A stretch of DNA of 64,000 bases from Candidatus Latescibacterota bacterium (GTDB lineage: Bacteria; Latescibacterota; UBA2968), in NCBI GenBank assembly GCA_965208125.1, contig OZ242320.1, positions 3,232,001 to 3,296,000 on the forward strand. The letters are read 5' to 3'. Below the pieces are notes generated by a model. The model was given only the letters and a program-made list of their open reading frames with translations. It did not search any database and was not told the origin of the DNA. The stretch's first letter is position 1. Each line of letters starts with the position of its first letter. This document shows, piece by piece, positions 19,512-28,746 of this stretch. A program made the translations under genes and the position numbers.

Positions 19512-21047
19512 CTAAAAGTAGGTATTGAGGCGCATTTCCACACCTTTAAAAGGGAGTACCAGATAGCAGGTTCCCGATGTACAGGCGGTGCCTCCGCGCC
19601 GCTCGCCCACAAAGAGGACGGCGTCGTAATGCGTGCCAAACCGCGCATTGAGGTTGAGAGATACGAAGGTGCGGCTACCCGTTTCGATGTCGAAAGTTTC
19701 CGGACGGTCAACTTCAAAAGGGTCGGTTGTATGATCGACGACAAGGGCTGCGCCAAAACCGCGCGCGTGTTGTGCGGCGAGCGCGCCATAAGTATTGGAG
19801 AAATGCGGTTCGTTTTCAAAATGGACGGCGCGTTGGTATTGGAGGTCGAGGCCGAGGGTATGGCCCTGGTCCGTTGTGGTTTCAAAAATCGCGCCGCCCG
19901 TGCGGTGGCTGTCGATGCTTTCGATGTCGTCTTTGCCCCAGTTGTAAAAGAAGGTGGCAATCAGGTTATCAAATTTGTACAGATCAAAGGAGAAATGTCT
20001 TTCTTTGAAAAAGGTCTGTACAGTCGGAGCCAAATCATTGCGCGCGTGGCTGATATTGACTGTGAAATTTCCCAAACCCGGTTGCGTATAAGTGCCTTCG
20101 ATCTGGTAGCCTTTTTCGGTGGCGAGCTGCAGTACATGTGTGTTTTTGTTGAGCAAAAAGGCAGTGTGTTCGCGGATGAGCGATGGAGGATCATTGAAGT
20201 GGAGGTGCATGTTGTAGTAATCTTTGTATTCGACACTCAATCCCAGATTGTTCCAGCCCATATTGCCCGATAAGTAGAGGGCGGTTCCTTTTTTGTCGTC
20301 TTCGCGCCGCGCGTATTCGCCTTCGCGTTGCGCGTATTCGCCGTAGAAGCTGCCGTATAGGCCGGCCTCTTGCAGGATATTAGAAAGGTCGAGATCGGCA
20401 AAACCAGACCAGGCCCAATTTTTATTGATGAGGGAATCTCTGGGAGTGATGTGAACGCCCGTGCTGCCAATTTTGAGGTTGGGATTGAGTCTGATGGCGA
20501 GTTCGCCACCCGTGGCCCAATCTCCGCGACGGGAAACACTGCGCGGCGGATTCCCGGATTTGGCACCTGGGGGAATATCGCTGAGTGCTGATCGGCCGAT
20601 GAGTGCTCTGGCTTCTACGCGATTGCCAGTCCACGAGGCTGTCGCGCCTTCGAGGTCCTGAGCCGGGGCATAGCGCAGGCGATAAATGGGGCTTTCGAGC
20701 ACGACGCCGGGCAGTTCAAATGCGCGAAGTGTGAGGCCCCGTCCGAGAATTGCGTAGTAATTGCCGATTTCCACATTCGCAGCACCATGGTTCCACCGCG
20801 CGTATTTCTGCGTGATTTGATACGTTTCGCGGTCTGCACCCCAGGTGTTGTAAACTTCTGCTCTTAAACCGACCTGCAATCCCTTTTGCGTAAAGTCGAG
20901 ATTCAACTGGTTGTAAGCCGTAGAGATGGCTGTGGAGTCAGATCCCGGCACTTCGCCGCGCTGCATTTCCGTCAATCCCGTGACGGTAATTTGTGCAGAA
21001 ATGGGGGCTGTGAAGAGCAGGATAAAGAGCAGGCTACTTGCTTTCAT
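19512..21047 (-). CDS. DUF6029-like outer membrane beta-barrel protein
   Basis: Signal peptide, IGNYYAILGRGL.LR, C-terminal RRGGTACTSGTC..V.PFKG, terminal Phe; next to TlpA. Confidence 0.7.
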   Translation of the reverse strand: MKASSLLFILLFTAPISAQITVTGLTEMQRGEVPGSDSTAISTAYNQLNLDFTQKGLQVGLRAEVYNTWGADRETYQITQKYARWNHGAANVEIGNYYAILGRGLTLRAFELPGVVLESPIYRLRYAPAQDLEGATASWTGNRVEARALIGRSALSDIPPGAKSGNPPRSVSRRGDWATGGELAIRLNPNLKIGSTGVHITPRDSLINKNWAWSGFADLDLSNILQEAGLYGSFYGEYAQREGEYARREDDKKGTALYLSGNMGWNNLGLSVEYKDYYNMHLHFNDPPSLIREHTAFLLNKNTHVLQLATEKGYQIEGTYTQPGLGNFTVNISHARNDLAPTVQTFFKERHFSFDLYKFDNLIATFFYNWGKDDIESIDSHRTGGAIFETTTDQGHTLGLDLQYQRAVHFENEPHFSNTYGALAAQHARGFGAALVVDHTTDPFEVDRPETFDIETGSRTFVSLNLNARFGTHYDAVLFVGERRGGTACTSGTCYLVLPFKGVEMRLNTYF

Positions 21048-21570
21048 CTGGGGTTTCCTTTTTTTCTGATGCTTCCATTTCCTCCGATGCTTCTTTTTCG
21101 GGCAATAGGATCTCTAAGGCGTCGATGATGGACTTTCCATCGGATAAACCGGCCTCCCGCAATACAATTTCGCGGTCTGGAGCAATGAGGATTGTGGTGG
21201 GCAGGGCGCGAACTTGCATGCGTTTCATAATCGATCCATCGGCGTCAATGGCGATTGGGAATGTGATGTTGCGGCCTCGCAAAAATGGGCGAATGCGGTT
21301 TTGACCACGGGGTCCATCTTCGTTCACGCCGAGAACTGTGAGTCCTCTGTCGGCGTATTTGGCGTGGATTTCTTCGAGCTTGGGCATTGCTTTGATGCAG
21401 GGTTTGCACCAGGTGGCCCAGAAGTCGAGTAAAACAGGACCTTTTTCGAGGAGTGCAGTTAGTTGTATTCGCTCGCCACTGAGGCCCGGCAGGTTGAAAT
21501 CTGGTGCTTCGGTTGCGCGGGCAGATGATGCGACGAGAAGGCAGAGCGATAATGCGAGAAGTTTTTTCAT
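21034..21570 (-). CDS. TlpA-family disulfide reductase (periplasmic)
   Basis: Signal peptide, APDFNL, LLDFWATWCKPC, LPTT. Confidence 0.92.
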   Translation of the reverse strand: MKKLLALSLCLLVASSARATEAPDFNLPGLSGERIQLTALLEKGPVLLDFWATWCKPCIKAMPKLEEIHAKYADRGLTVLGVNEDGPRGQNRIRPFLRGRNITFPIAIDADGSIMKRMQVRALPTTILIAPDREIVLREAGLSDGKSIIDALEILLPEKEASEEMEASEKKETPDESK

Positions 21571-21620
21571 GAGATGACCTCTTGAGGATTGAGATTTAGC
21601 CGACTTTTCAAAAGTTATAC

Positions 21621-21643
21621 GTAGGGACGATGCCTATGTTCCC
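21621..21643 (+). repeat. Degenerate GTAG-type REP-like palindrome
   Basis: GTAGGGACGATGCCTATGTTCCC, similar to copies at 54791-54855. Confidence 0.35.
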
Positions 21644-21782
21644 ACTTGTTGTGATAAGGACGGTCAACTAATATAAAATATAACAAAGAGGGTCAAAAAA
21701 CAATGGTGTAAAGGTGGAATGTAGGGTTATTTTATTTGACCCATCAGACCAGAGAATACTGCAAAAATCCGAGAAAATAAAT

Positions 21783-23015
21783 ATGCGCTCGCTCCATGTG
21801 CAAATCTTCATTGCGTTGATCCTCGGCGCAATAATTGGAATGCTGTTAGGTGAATCCGTTCTTCACTTCGCCTTTTTGGGGACCCTTTTTCTCAAGGGTC
21901 TTAAGATGATCATCGTTCCCTTGATCGTCACCTCCATTGTTTCCGGGGTGATCGGCATAGGCCAGGTAGGTCATTTTGGACGCTTGAGTGCTCAGACCTT
22001 TATCTACTATCTGAGTACCAGCCTGTTGTCCATTATCACCGGCCTGATATTGGTCAATGCCATAAGTCCAGGCAAAGGGGCACAGTTGCATTTGCAAGCT
22101 CCTCCTGAACAACTGGCCCATTCCATAGCTCAATTCGGCGACGGTCCCAAAGCCGCTCTTGAGCGGTTGTTGTTGGATATGGTGCCGGATAATGTATTCA
22201 GGGCCATGGCTGAGGGGCAGATCTTGCCCGTGATCGTCTTTTGTTTTCTTCTCGGATTTGCGATCATCCGTTTGTCCGATTCGCACCAGGAACGTCTGCG
22301 TGGGTTTTTCCAATCGGCTTTCGAGGCCATGATGCAAATAACTTATTTTATTATTCGTCTGGCACCTATCGGCATTTTTGCCCTCGTCGCCAAAGTCGTT
22401 GGTACCACCGGTCTGTCAATTTTTGTCGATTTGGGGTTGTACGCCCTCACTGTTTTTGCTGGTCTGGTCGTCCACGCGGCGATTATTCTGCCGCTTGTGC
22501 TCTATTTTTTGGGCGGCATATCGCCTCTGGCTTTCCTTCGCGCTATGAGTCCGGCTCTTCTCACTGCTTTTTCTACGAGTTCTTCTTCGGCGACCTTGCC
22601 CATTACCATTGAATCGCTGGAACAACGCGCTGGCGTTTCCAACCGCACCACCAGTTTTGTCGCGCCGCTGGGTGCCACCATCAATATGGATGGTACAGCC
22701 CTGTTCGAATGCGTTGCCGCCCTGTTTATTGCTCAAGCCTATGGGGTTGAGTTAGGATTTATCCAGCAATTCCTGGTCGTTCTTACCGCTTTGCTGGCGT
22801 CTATCGGCGCGGCTGGCATTCCTATGACGGGTCTGGTCATGCTTTCTATTGTTCTATCCTCTGTGGGGCTGCCTCTGGAGGGGATCGGCCTGATCATAGC
22901 TGTGGATCGCATTTTGGACATGTTTCGCACCACTGTCAATGTTTGGAGCGATTCGTGTGGCACTGCCCTGATAGCCCGTTACCAGGGCGAAGAATTAGAT
23001 ATTACTAAACACTGA
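21783..23015 (+). CDS. Dicarboxylate/amino acid:cation symporter (GltP/DctA family)
   Basis: LKMIIVPL, TAFSTSSSSATLP, PLGATINMDGTAL, DRILDMFRTTVNVWSD. Confidence 0.95.
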   Translation: MRSLHVQIFIALILGAIIGMLLGESVLHFAFLGTLFLKGLKMIIVPLIVTSIVSGVIGIGQVGHFGRLSAQTFIYYLSTSLLSIITGLILVNAISPGKGAQLHLQAPPEQLAHSIAQFGDGPKAALERLLLDMVPDNVFRAMAEGQILPVIVFCFLLGFAIIRLSDSHQERLRGFFQSAFEAMMQITYFIIRLAPIGIFALVAKVVGTTGLSIFVDLGLYALTVFAGLVVHAAIILPLVLYFLGGISPLAFLRAMSPALLTAFSTSSSSATLPITIESLEQRAGVSNRTTSFVAPLGATINMDGTALFECVAALFIAQAYGVELGFIQQFLVVLTALLASIGAAGIPMTGLVMLSIVLSSVGLPLEGIGLIIAVDRILDMFRTTVNVWSDSCGTALIARYQGEELDITKH

Positions 23016-23038
23016 CATTTACTTATTGGAGGTTTATT

Positions 23039-24088
23039 ATGGTTTCGATAGGTATTATCGGATTGGGATTTATGGGTATGACGCATTACCGGGGGATTCG
23101 GAGTGTGCGTGGAGGTAAGGTGGCTGCGATATGTACGCGCAGTCCCGAAAAGCGAGCGGGAGACTGGCGGGGGTTGGGCGGCAATTTTGGAGAGCCGGGG
23201 GGGATGGAAGATCTTTCGGGTATCCGCACGTATGAGAAGATTGATGATTTGCTATCAGACGCTTCAATTGATCTGGTCGATATCTGTTTGCCGACGTCAC
23301 AACACTGCGAGGTTGCAATTGCTGCGATGCGCGCGGGCAAGCATGTGCTGGTCGAAAAGCCCATTGCGCTGAGTCTGGAGGACGCCGACCGCATGGTGCG
23401 GGTTTCCGAACAGACGGGAAGGTTGATGATGGTGGCACAGGTTTTGCCCTTTTTCCCGGAGTTTGCCTATCTCAAGCAGGTGGTCGATGGCGGGGAATAC
23501 GGCAATGTGCTCGGTGCGCATTTTAAGCGCGTTATTTCGCAGCCCAATTGGACATCGGCTTTTGCCAATATGGAAAAGAGCGGGGGACCTGGCGTCGATT
23601 TGCATATTCACGATACGCATTATATTCTGGTGCTGCTCGGTCGGCCAGATCGGGTGGTGTCTTCGGGCAGGCTGGTGCGAGATCGGTATGTGGAATATAT
23701 TTCGACGAGTTATCAATACGACAGCCAGCCGGATTTGTGCGTGACGTGTGCTTCGGGCGCTATTTCTCAGCAGGGCAGGGCGTTTACGCACGGGTTTGAG
23801 GTTTATATGGAGCGGGCTACGGTGCTTTTCGAGTTTGCGACTCTGGGCGGCAAGCCGGTTGTGACGATGCCCGTGACCTTGCTGACGGATGACGGTGAGG
23901 TGCGAGAACCGGATTTGGGCGATGCCGATCCCGTTGTGGCATTTACCAACGAGATTCAAGCCGCAGTAGATGCTGTGGAAAGCGGAGAGGTTGCCAGAGA
24001 AATTTCAGGTGAAAGTGCTGCCGATGCGCTTCGTCTGTGTTTTGTGGAGGTCGAGTCGGTAAGGCGCAGGCAGGCGGTGGCGGTGTGA
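23039..24088 (+). CDS. Gfo/Idh/MocA family oxidoreductase
   Basis: IGIIGLGFMG, GKHVLVEKP, DLHIHD. Confidence 0.92.
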   Translation: MVSIGIIGLGFMGMTHYRGIRSVRGGKVAAICTRSPEKRAGDWRGLGGNFGEPGGMEDLSGIRTYEKIDDLLSDASIDLVDICLPTSQHCEVAIAAMRAGKHVLVEKPIALSLEDADRMVRVSEQTGRLMMVAQVLPFFPEFAYLKQVVDGGEYGNVLGAHFKRVISQPNWTSAFANMEKSGGPGVDLHIHDTHYILVLLGRPDRVVSSGRLVRDRYVEYISTSYQYDSQPDLCVTCASGAISQQGRAFTHGFEVYMERATVLFEFATLGGKPVVTMPVTLLTDDGEVREPDLGDADPVVAFTNEIQAAVDAVESGEVAREISGESAADALRLCFVEVESVRRRQAVAV

Positions 24089-24122
24089 AGAACGGCGAGT
24101 GCCACATCGGTTACAAAAAAAT

Positions 24123-24146
24123 AGGGCGAACACACAGGTTCGCCCT
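24123..24146. repeat. REP-like palindrome between convergent genes
   Basis: AGGGCGAAC-ACACAG-GTTCGCCCT perfect 9-bp stem. Confidence 0.55.
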
Positions 24147-24170
24147 TGCGATTGACTATCGCTTATGCTT

Positions 24171-25601
24171 TCAACGCATTATCACCTCAGCAACAGGTGT
24201 TCCCGTTGCCCCATCGAGCATGAGACTGCTCGCTCTGGCAAGGGTGGCAGATATGTTTTCGAGGCTTTGCCCGTCGAAGGATTGACCGCCAACTATTTTG
24301 GGACTGACGATGAGTGCCTGACCAGCAGGTTGATCGAATAGTGCGAATGTCACGTTGCCGCCATAGCGCGCCATAGCGCTCATTGTGTCGTGAAATTGGG
24401 AGATGGTCTGGGTAGAGACATCGCCAGCTTTCATTTCGATAAAGATAATATCGGGAAGTGCGGCTTCCATGGCCTTTTGCGCGACCTCGGTGATGAATGC
24501 GCTGCCGAGTTTGCGGCTTTCTTCGCTGTCCATCAATACGCCGGTTACCAGCCGGCCAAATGCCTCATCTTTGATGATTTTTTTTAGTTTGAGCGCTTCC
24601 GGAGTCAGCTTGGGTTTGACCATGCGGTCGATATATCGCTGCGATTTGCCCTGTTTTATGGCTGTGCCGAGTTGTTCTTCTATGGTGCCTGCGATTTTTT
24701 CGAGGCTGGGTGCGTTGACGGCATAAGGGCTATATCTGACACCATAGTCCTTGGTTTTACTCACTATGGGGGGGATTTCTTTTTCCCCAGATTGATAGAA
24801 AGCCAGTGTGCGCGTATGGGTTTTGTCCTCGATGGCTTTGTTGTGGTGTTCAAAGAGTGAAGGGACTTTGAGATTTTTGCCTTTGATTGCATTGGGTGAA
24901 GCCGTTTGAACGGTGGTCATCCAATCGCGTGGATTTTTGCCGTAGTCAATATTGTTAAATAATGCCCCTCTGTAAGTCAGATAAGCGGGAATATTCGTTC
25001 CCTGGTCCGATCCGGTGATCGCAACGATGACCACGCCTTTGGGCAAGCCCTGATCCGATAGGACAAAAGATTGGAAGGCGCGCTCGATCATGGCGTATTG
25101 AGCAGGTGTAAAGTCGGTGATATTCAGACTGAGACCTCTGCTTCCGCCACCACGTCCACCTCTGCCGCCGCGTGCTCCTTGCCCCCGGCGGCCCTGTCCA
25201 CCGCCCTGAAGTGCCTGAAATTCGCGCAAGATATCGCCGAATACTGCGTTAAATACCCGGCGGTCGGTGTTGGGAAGTTTGCGAAAAAAGATTTCGAGTT
25301 GCTGGTGGCGAACGGGAAATAGATCGTCCCATTTTTTAGCTTGATCGAGTACATACATCCGTATGGGTGCTGGTATTTGGCTGAGAATCTGTGCGTTGGC
25401 TTCGAGGAGTTTTTGGGCATCCCAGGGGAAATCGTTGAATTGTCCGCGTTGCTGGGGGCGCAAATCCCCGCGACCACCGCCGCCACCGCCGCGTCCGCCA
25501 CCACCACGCCCACCACCGCGCTGTGCGTAAATATCCGACAGGTCTAAGGCGCATAATGCTGTGCCTATAAGTAAGATCGATATCCATCTTGAAGGTCGCA
25601 T
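24171..25601 (-). CDS. Exported hypothetical protein with Arg/Gly-rich tracts
   Basis: ATG 25601 with GGGAGG RBS, signal peptide ending IYA-Q, tracts RGGGRGGGGRGGGGGGRG and GRRGQGARGGRGGRGGG. Confidence 0.75.
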   Translation of the reverse strand: MRPSRWISILLIGTALCALDLSDIYAQRGGGRGGGGRGGGGGGRGDLRPQQRGQFNDFPWDAQKLLEANAQILSQIPAPIRMYVLDQAKKWDDLFPVRHQQLEIFFRKLPNTDRRVFNAVFGDILREFQALQGGGQGRRGQGARGGRGGRGGGSRGLSLNITDFTPAQYAMIERAFQSFVLSDQGLPKGVVIVAITGSDQGTNIPAYLTYRGALFNNIDYGKNPRDWMTTVQTASPNAIKGKNLKVPSLFEHHNKAIEDKTHTRTLAFYQSGEKEIPPIVSKTKDYGVRYSPYAVNAPSLEKIAGTIEEQLGTAIKQGKSQRYIDRMVKPKLTPEALKLKKIIKDEAFGRLVTGVLMDSEESRKLGSAFITEVAQKAMEAALPDIIFIEMKAGDVSTQTISQFHDTMSAMARYGGNVTFALFDQPAGQALIVSPKIVGGQSFDGQSLENISATLARASSLMLDGATGTPVAEVIMR

Positions 25602-25645
25602 GGTAGCCTCCCGTGTGAAGAGATGACGCGCTTTCATACATCGTT

Positions 25646-26422
25646 TCAAAGATTTTGGTCGAGCCAGTCCAGGACGGTTGTCCACGCATTGCCCTGGGCG
25701 AGCAAATTGAGTCCATGTCCCGTTCCCTGGAAGCCGATTACGGCAGTAACCCCCCGGGTCAATTCAGACATGTTTTGGGATGAGGTATAGGCATATCCAT
25801 CGCCAAAAGCTGCGAGGTAGAGGATGTTGCGCGGTGCAAAACCGGGAATATTGGTGCCAATGAGGAATTCCTGAGCCTGGTTTACGCGAAATTCGGGTGA
25901 AACAGATACGGTTGCTTTGATGTCGGGAAACAGCCCCGCGCTCACAAAGGCGATATTGGCACCGATGTCTGTACCGATGACGCCGATGCGGTTGGGGTCG
26001 GCTTCTGCACGGGTTTTGAGAAATGCAATTGCAGCGACGACATCGAGCGGCATCTGGTTGAAGTCATCAGAGGAAAAATTCTGAATTGTGACGGGTTGAC
26101 CATTGCGAAAGATACTGTTGCCATGCCCGCGCAGGTCAAAGGCGAGTGCCAGATAGCCTCGCTGGGCAACGAGTTCGGGAATAAAGTCCGCCCACTGAAT
26201 GTGGTTTTCGTTAAATGAGTGGAGCAAGATGACTGCAGGGCGAGGTGTGGCGTGGTTGGGAGAAGAAAAGAGTGTGCCAAACAACAGAAAGCCGTCTGGC
26301 GTTTGAAACTGCACGGGTTCCAGACGCGCGTGTTGGGCGGTGAGGTCGGATTCGGTGGGGGGCGCAGTGGTGCTGCCGCCGCATCCGATTAAAAATATTG
26401 CGATCCACAGGTATTGTCGCAT
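25646..26422 (-). CDS. Alpha/beta hydrolase lipoprotein
   Basis: Lipobox LIG-C, AVILLH, FDLRGHG, elbow IGVIGTDIGAN, C-terminal GHG. Confidence 0.85.
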   Translation of the reverse strand: MRQYLWIAIFLIGCGGSTTAPPTESDLTAQHARLEPVQFQTPDGFLLFGTLFSSPNHATPRPAVILLHSFNENHIQWADFIPELVAQRGYLALAFDLRGHGNSIFRNGQPVTIQNFSSDDFNQMPLDVVAAIAFLKTRAEADPNRIGVIGTDIGANIAFVSAGLFPDIKATVSVSPEFRVNQAQEFLIGTNIPGFAPRNILYLAAFGDGYAYTSSQNMSELTRGVTAVIGFQGTGHGLNLLAQGNAWTTVLDWLDQNL

Positions 26423-26556
26423 GATATTATCCTTTAAGCTATTTTATTTTTGACTATTGCAGATAAATGTTTGTTCCTCAGAATAATAGGAACATAAGGC
26501 AATTAGATTAGAATAGCAAGTGAGCAAGTAAGCATACCCTATTTCAAGGAGGAAAG

Positions 26557-26727
26557 ATGCCAGAATTTACGCGCTATGATTTGATTCTGATGGCGATTAC
26601 CGGAGGACTTTTTATCGTGGGATTGTGGTGTACGATTTTTGCCTTTCTCTATGGATTTATGAAGCGGTTAGATCAGATTATTTTGCTGTTGAAGCAGGCG
26701 AATCGAGATGCCGATGCGGATTCTTGA
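26557..26727 (+). CDS. Small membrane protein (56 aa)
   Basis: Below ORF-track cutoff; strong RBS AAGGAGG; MPEFTRYDLILMAITGGLFIVGLWCTIFAFLYGFMKRLDQIILLLKQANRDADADS. Confidence 0.7.
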   Translation: MPEFTRYDLILMAITGGLFIVGLWCTIFAFLYGFMKRLDQIILLLKQANRDADADS

Positions 26728-26733
26728 GAATGG

Positions 26734-26762
26734 TTGCCAATTTTACCTGAGGCATTTATATT
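26734..26762 (+). promoter_or_regulatory. Putative sigma-70 promoter for sulfatase
   Basis: TTGCCA-N17-TATATT about 40 bp upstream of ATG 26805. Confidence 0.45.
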
Positions 26763-26804
26763 GGGCAAAATAGTTCCTGAAAACAAATTCAGAAAGGACG
26801 CTGA

Positions 26805-28202
26805 ATGAGCAAACCGAATATTTTGATGATTATAACCGATCAGCAGCGGTGGGATGCGCTGAGTTGTGTGAGCGACTGGTTGGAGACGCCCAATATGGAC
26901 CGCATTGCGGCCGAGGGCGTGCGGTTTTCAAATTGCGTGACCAATTCGCCGGTGTGTATTCCAACGCGGTTGAGTCTGGCTACTGGACATTATCCGCACA
27001 ATACGGGTGTGTGGGATAATCAGAATCACACGTTATCGCCAGATTGTCCAACGTGGATGCAGGCAGTGCGCGATGCGGGGTATCGCACGAGTCTGTTTGG
27101 CAAGACGCATTTACATCCGCACGGAGGCGATTTGAGGGATCGCGAGCATTTGATGCACAGTTATGGGCTTGATGATGTGGATGAAATCGGCGGGCCAAGG
27201 GCGAGTGCGCGGTGTCTGTCGTACATGACGGCGATGTGGGAGGAGAAGGGGTTGTGGGATGCGTATCAGGCAGATTTCGAGGAGCGTTTTAGCAATAAGC
27301 CCTGGGTGACGCGGCCATCGACATTGCCTTTTGAGGATTATGCAGATGTGTATGTGGGGCAGCAGGCGAAGAAATATCTGGCGGGATATGACCGCGATCA
27401 ACCGTGGTTCTGTTGGGTGAGTTTTGGCGGGCCGCACGAACCGTGGGATACGCCAGAGCCCCATTATAGCCGGTATAACCCGGAGGATATGCCCGATCCG
27501 GTTGTTCCGATAGAGGATGATCGCGAGCGCCCACAGGGTTTGTTGGACGCCAAACAAAAGATACCGTTTGAACCGGAGGAAGAGAAATTGTTGCGCGCAA
27601 ATTACGCGGGCAATGTCACGTTGATTGACGATCAGATTGGCGAGATTTTCGATGTGATTGAACAGCGCGGTGAGATGGATAATACGGTTGTTGTGCTGAC
27701 GTCGGATCACGGCGAGATGAATGGGGATTACGGTTTTATTTACAAGAGCAATCTTTTAAATGGCGCGGTGCGGGTTCCCCTGCTGATTCGCACGCCCGGG
27801 ACGGCGAGTGGTGATGTTGCAGGATCTGTGTGTGACAGTCCGATTGAGTGGTTTGATGTGGGACCGACGCTGGTTGAGCTTGCAGGTGGGGAAGTCGATT
27901 TCAGGCAGTTTGCCAAATCGGCCTGTCCCGTTCTGGAAGATCCGACGCGAGAACACCGCACAGAAGCGATATCGGAATACGGCGGGGAAATTATGTTGTT
28001 GAATCGCGAATGGAAAATCGCGCTGAATCGCGAAGGGCAGCCCTATTTGCTTTTCAATGTGCAAGAAGATCCCGATGAGGTGAATAATCTCGCGGGTTTG
28101 CCCGAGATGGCCGAGGTTGAGAATCAACTGCGTCTGCGGATTCTCGATCGCGTGGCTTCGTCACAGGTTTTGTCGGGGGCGCATTTTGCGTTGGGGACAT
28201 GA
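26805..28202 (+). CDS. Sulfatase
   Basis: IITDQQR, CIPTR motif, GKTH, PHEPWD, TSDHGEM. Confidence 0.93.
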   Translation: MSKPNILMIITDQQRWDALSCVSDWLETPNMDRIAAEGVRFSNCVTNSPVCIPTRLSLATGHYPHNTGVWDNQNHTLSPDCPTWMQAVRDAGYRTSLFGKTHLHPHGGDLRDREHLMHSYGLDDVDEIGGPRASARCLSYMTAMWEEKGLWDAYQADFEERFSNKPWVTRPSTLPFEDYADVYVGQQAKKYLAGYDRDQPWFCWVSFGGPHEPWDTPEPHYSRYNPEDMPDPVVPIEDDRERPQGLLDAKQKIPFEPEEEKLLRANYAGNVTLIDDQIGEIFDVIEQRGEMDNTVVVLTSDHGEMNGDYGFIYKSNLLNGAVRVPLLIRTPGTASGDVAGSVCDSPIEWFDVGPTLVELAGGEVDFRQFAKSACPVLEDPTREHRTEAISEYGGEIMLLNREWKIALNREGQPYLLFNVQEDPDEVNNLAGLPEMAEVENQLRLRILDRVASSQVLSGAHFALGT

Positions 28203-28252
28203 AATGGCCTGGTATCTGAGGGTGAGTATTAAGATGATCAAGTGAGGGCTCT

Positions 28253-28495
28253 ATGCTAACTACATATATCCAATCCGCTATGAAACACGCGAAATACGAG
28301 ATCCTTGATGACCAAACGTTCTATGGAGAAATAGAAGGCTTTCAAGGTGTGTATGCCAATGCAAATACCTTAGAAATGTGTCGCGAGGATTTGCAATCCG
28401 TACTCGAAGGTTGGATCATTCTCGGCTTGAGAATGGGGCATCCGCTTCCGGAAGTAGATGGGGTGCGTTTGGACGCTGTATTGGAGTCTGTGTAA
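28253..28495 (+). CDS. hicB: HicB-family antitoxin (short, RNase H-like only)
   Basis: MLTTYIQSAMKHAKYEIL..FYGEI.GFQGVYA.A.TLE.C...L..VLEGWI. Confidence 0.85.
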   Translation: MLTTYIQSAMKHAKYEILDDQTFYGEIEGFQGVYANANTLEMCREDLQSVLEGWIILGLRMGHPLPEVDGVRLDAVLESV

Positions 28496-28713
28496 TGCCC
28501 AAATTTGGGCCAATTAGTCGCCGCGATCTAATTCGCTATTTGAGGCAATTGGGATTTGAAGGTCCGTATCCTGGAGGCAAGCATCATTATATGGTTCGAG
28601 AAACAATACGTCTTGCCATTCCCAACCCGCATCGTGGTGATATTGGACGTGGACTTTTGCACAGGCTTTTGCAGCAAGCGAATGTCAGCCGAGAAATTTG
28701 GGAGAATTTGTAG
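28495..28713 (+). CDS. hicA: HicA-family mRNA interferase toxin
   Basis: ATG overlaps hicB TAA; LIRYLRQLGFEGPYPGGKH..M, IPNPH..DI..GLL. Confidence 0.88.
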   Translation: MPKFGPISRRDLIRYLRQLGFEGPYPGGKHHYMVRETIRLAIPNPHRGDIGRGLLHRLLQQANVSREIWENL

Positions 28714-28746
28714 CATATCAATTAAATTCTTGTTTGAGGAGAGATT

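Noticed and set aside
7673-21570. Selenocysteine read-through in the redox proteins
   Set aside because: trxA, TlpA and DUF6029 have ordinary Cys codons and no in-frame TGA at the active sites
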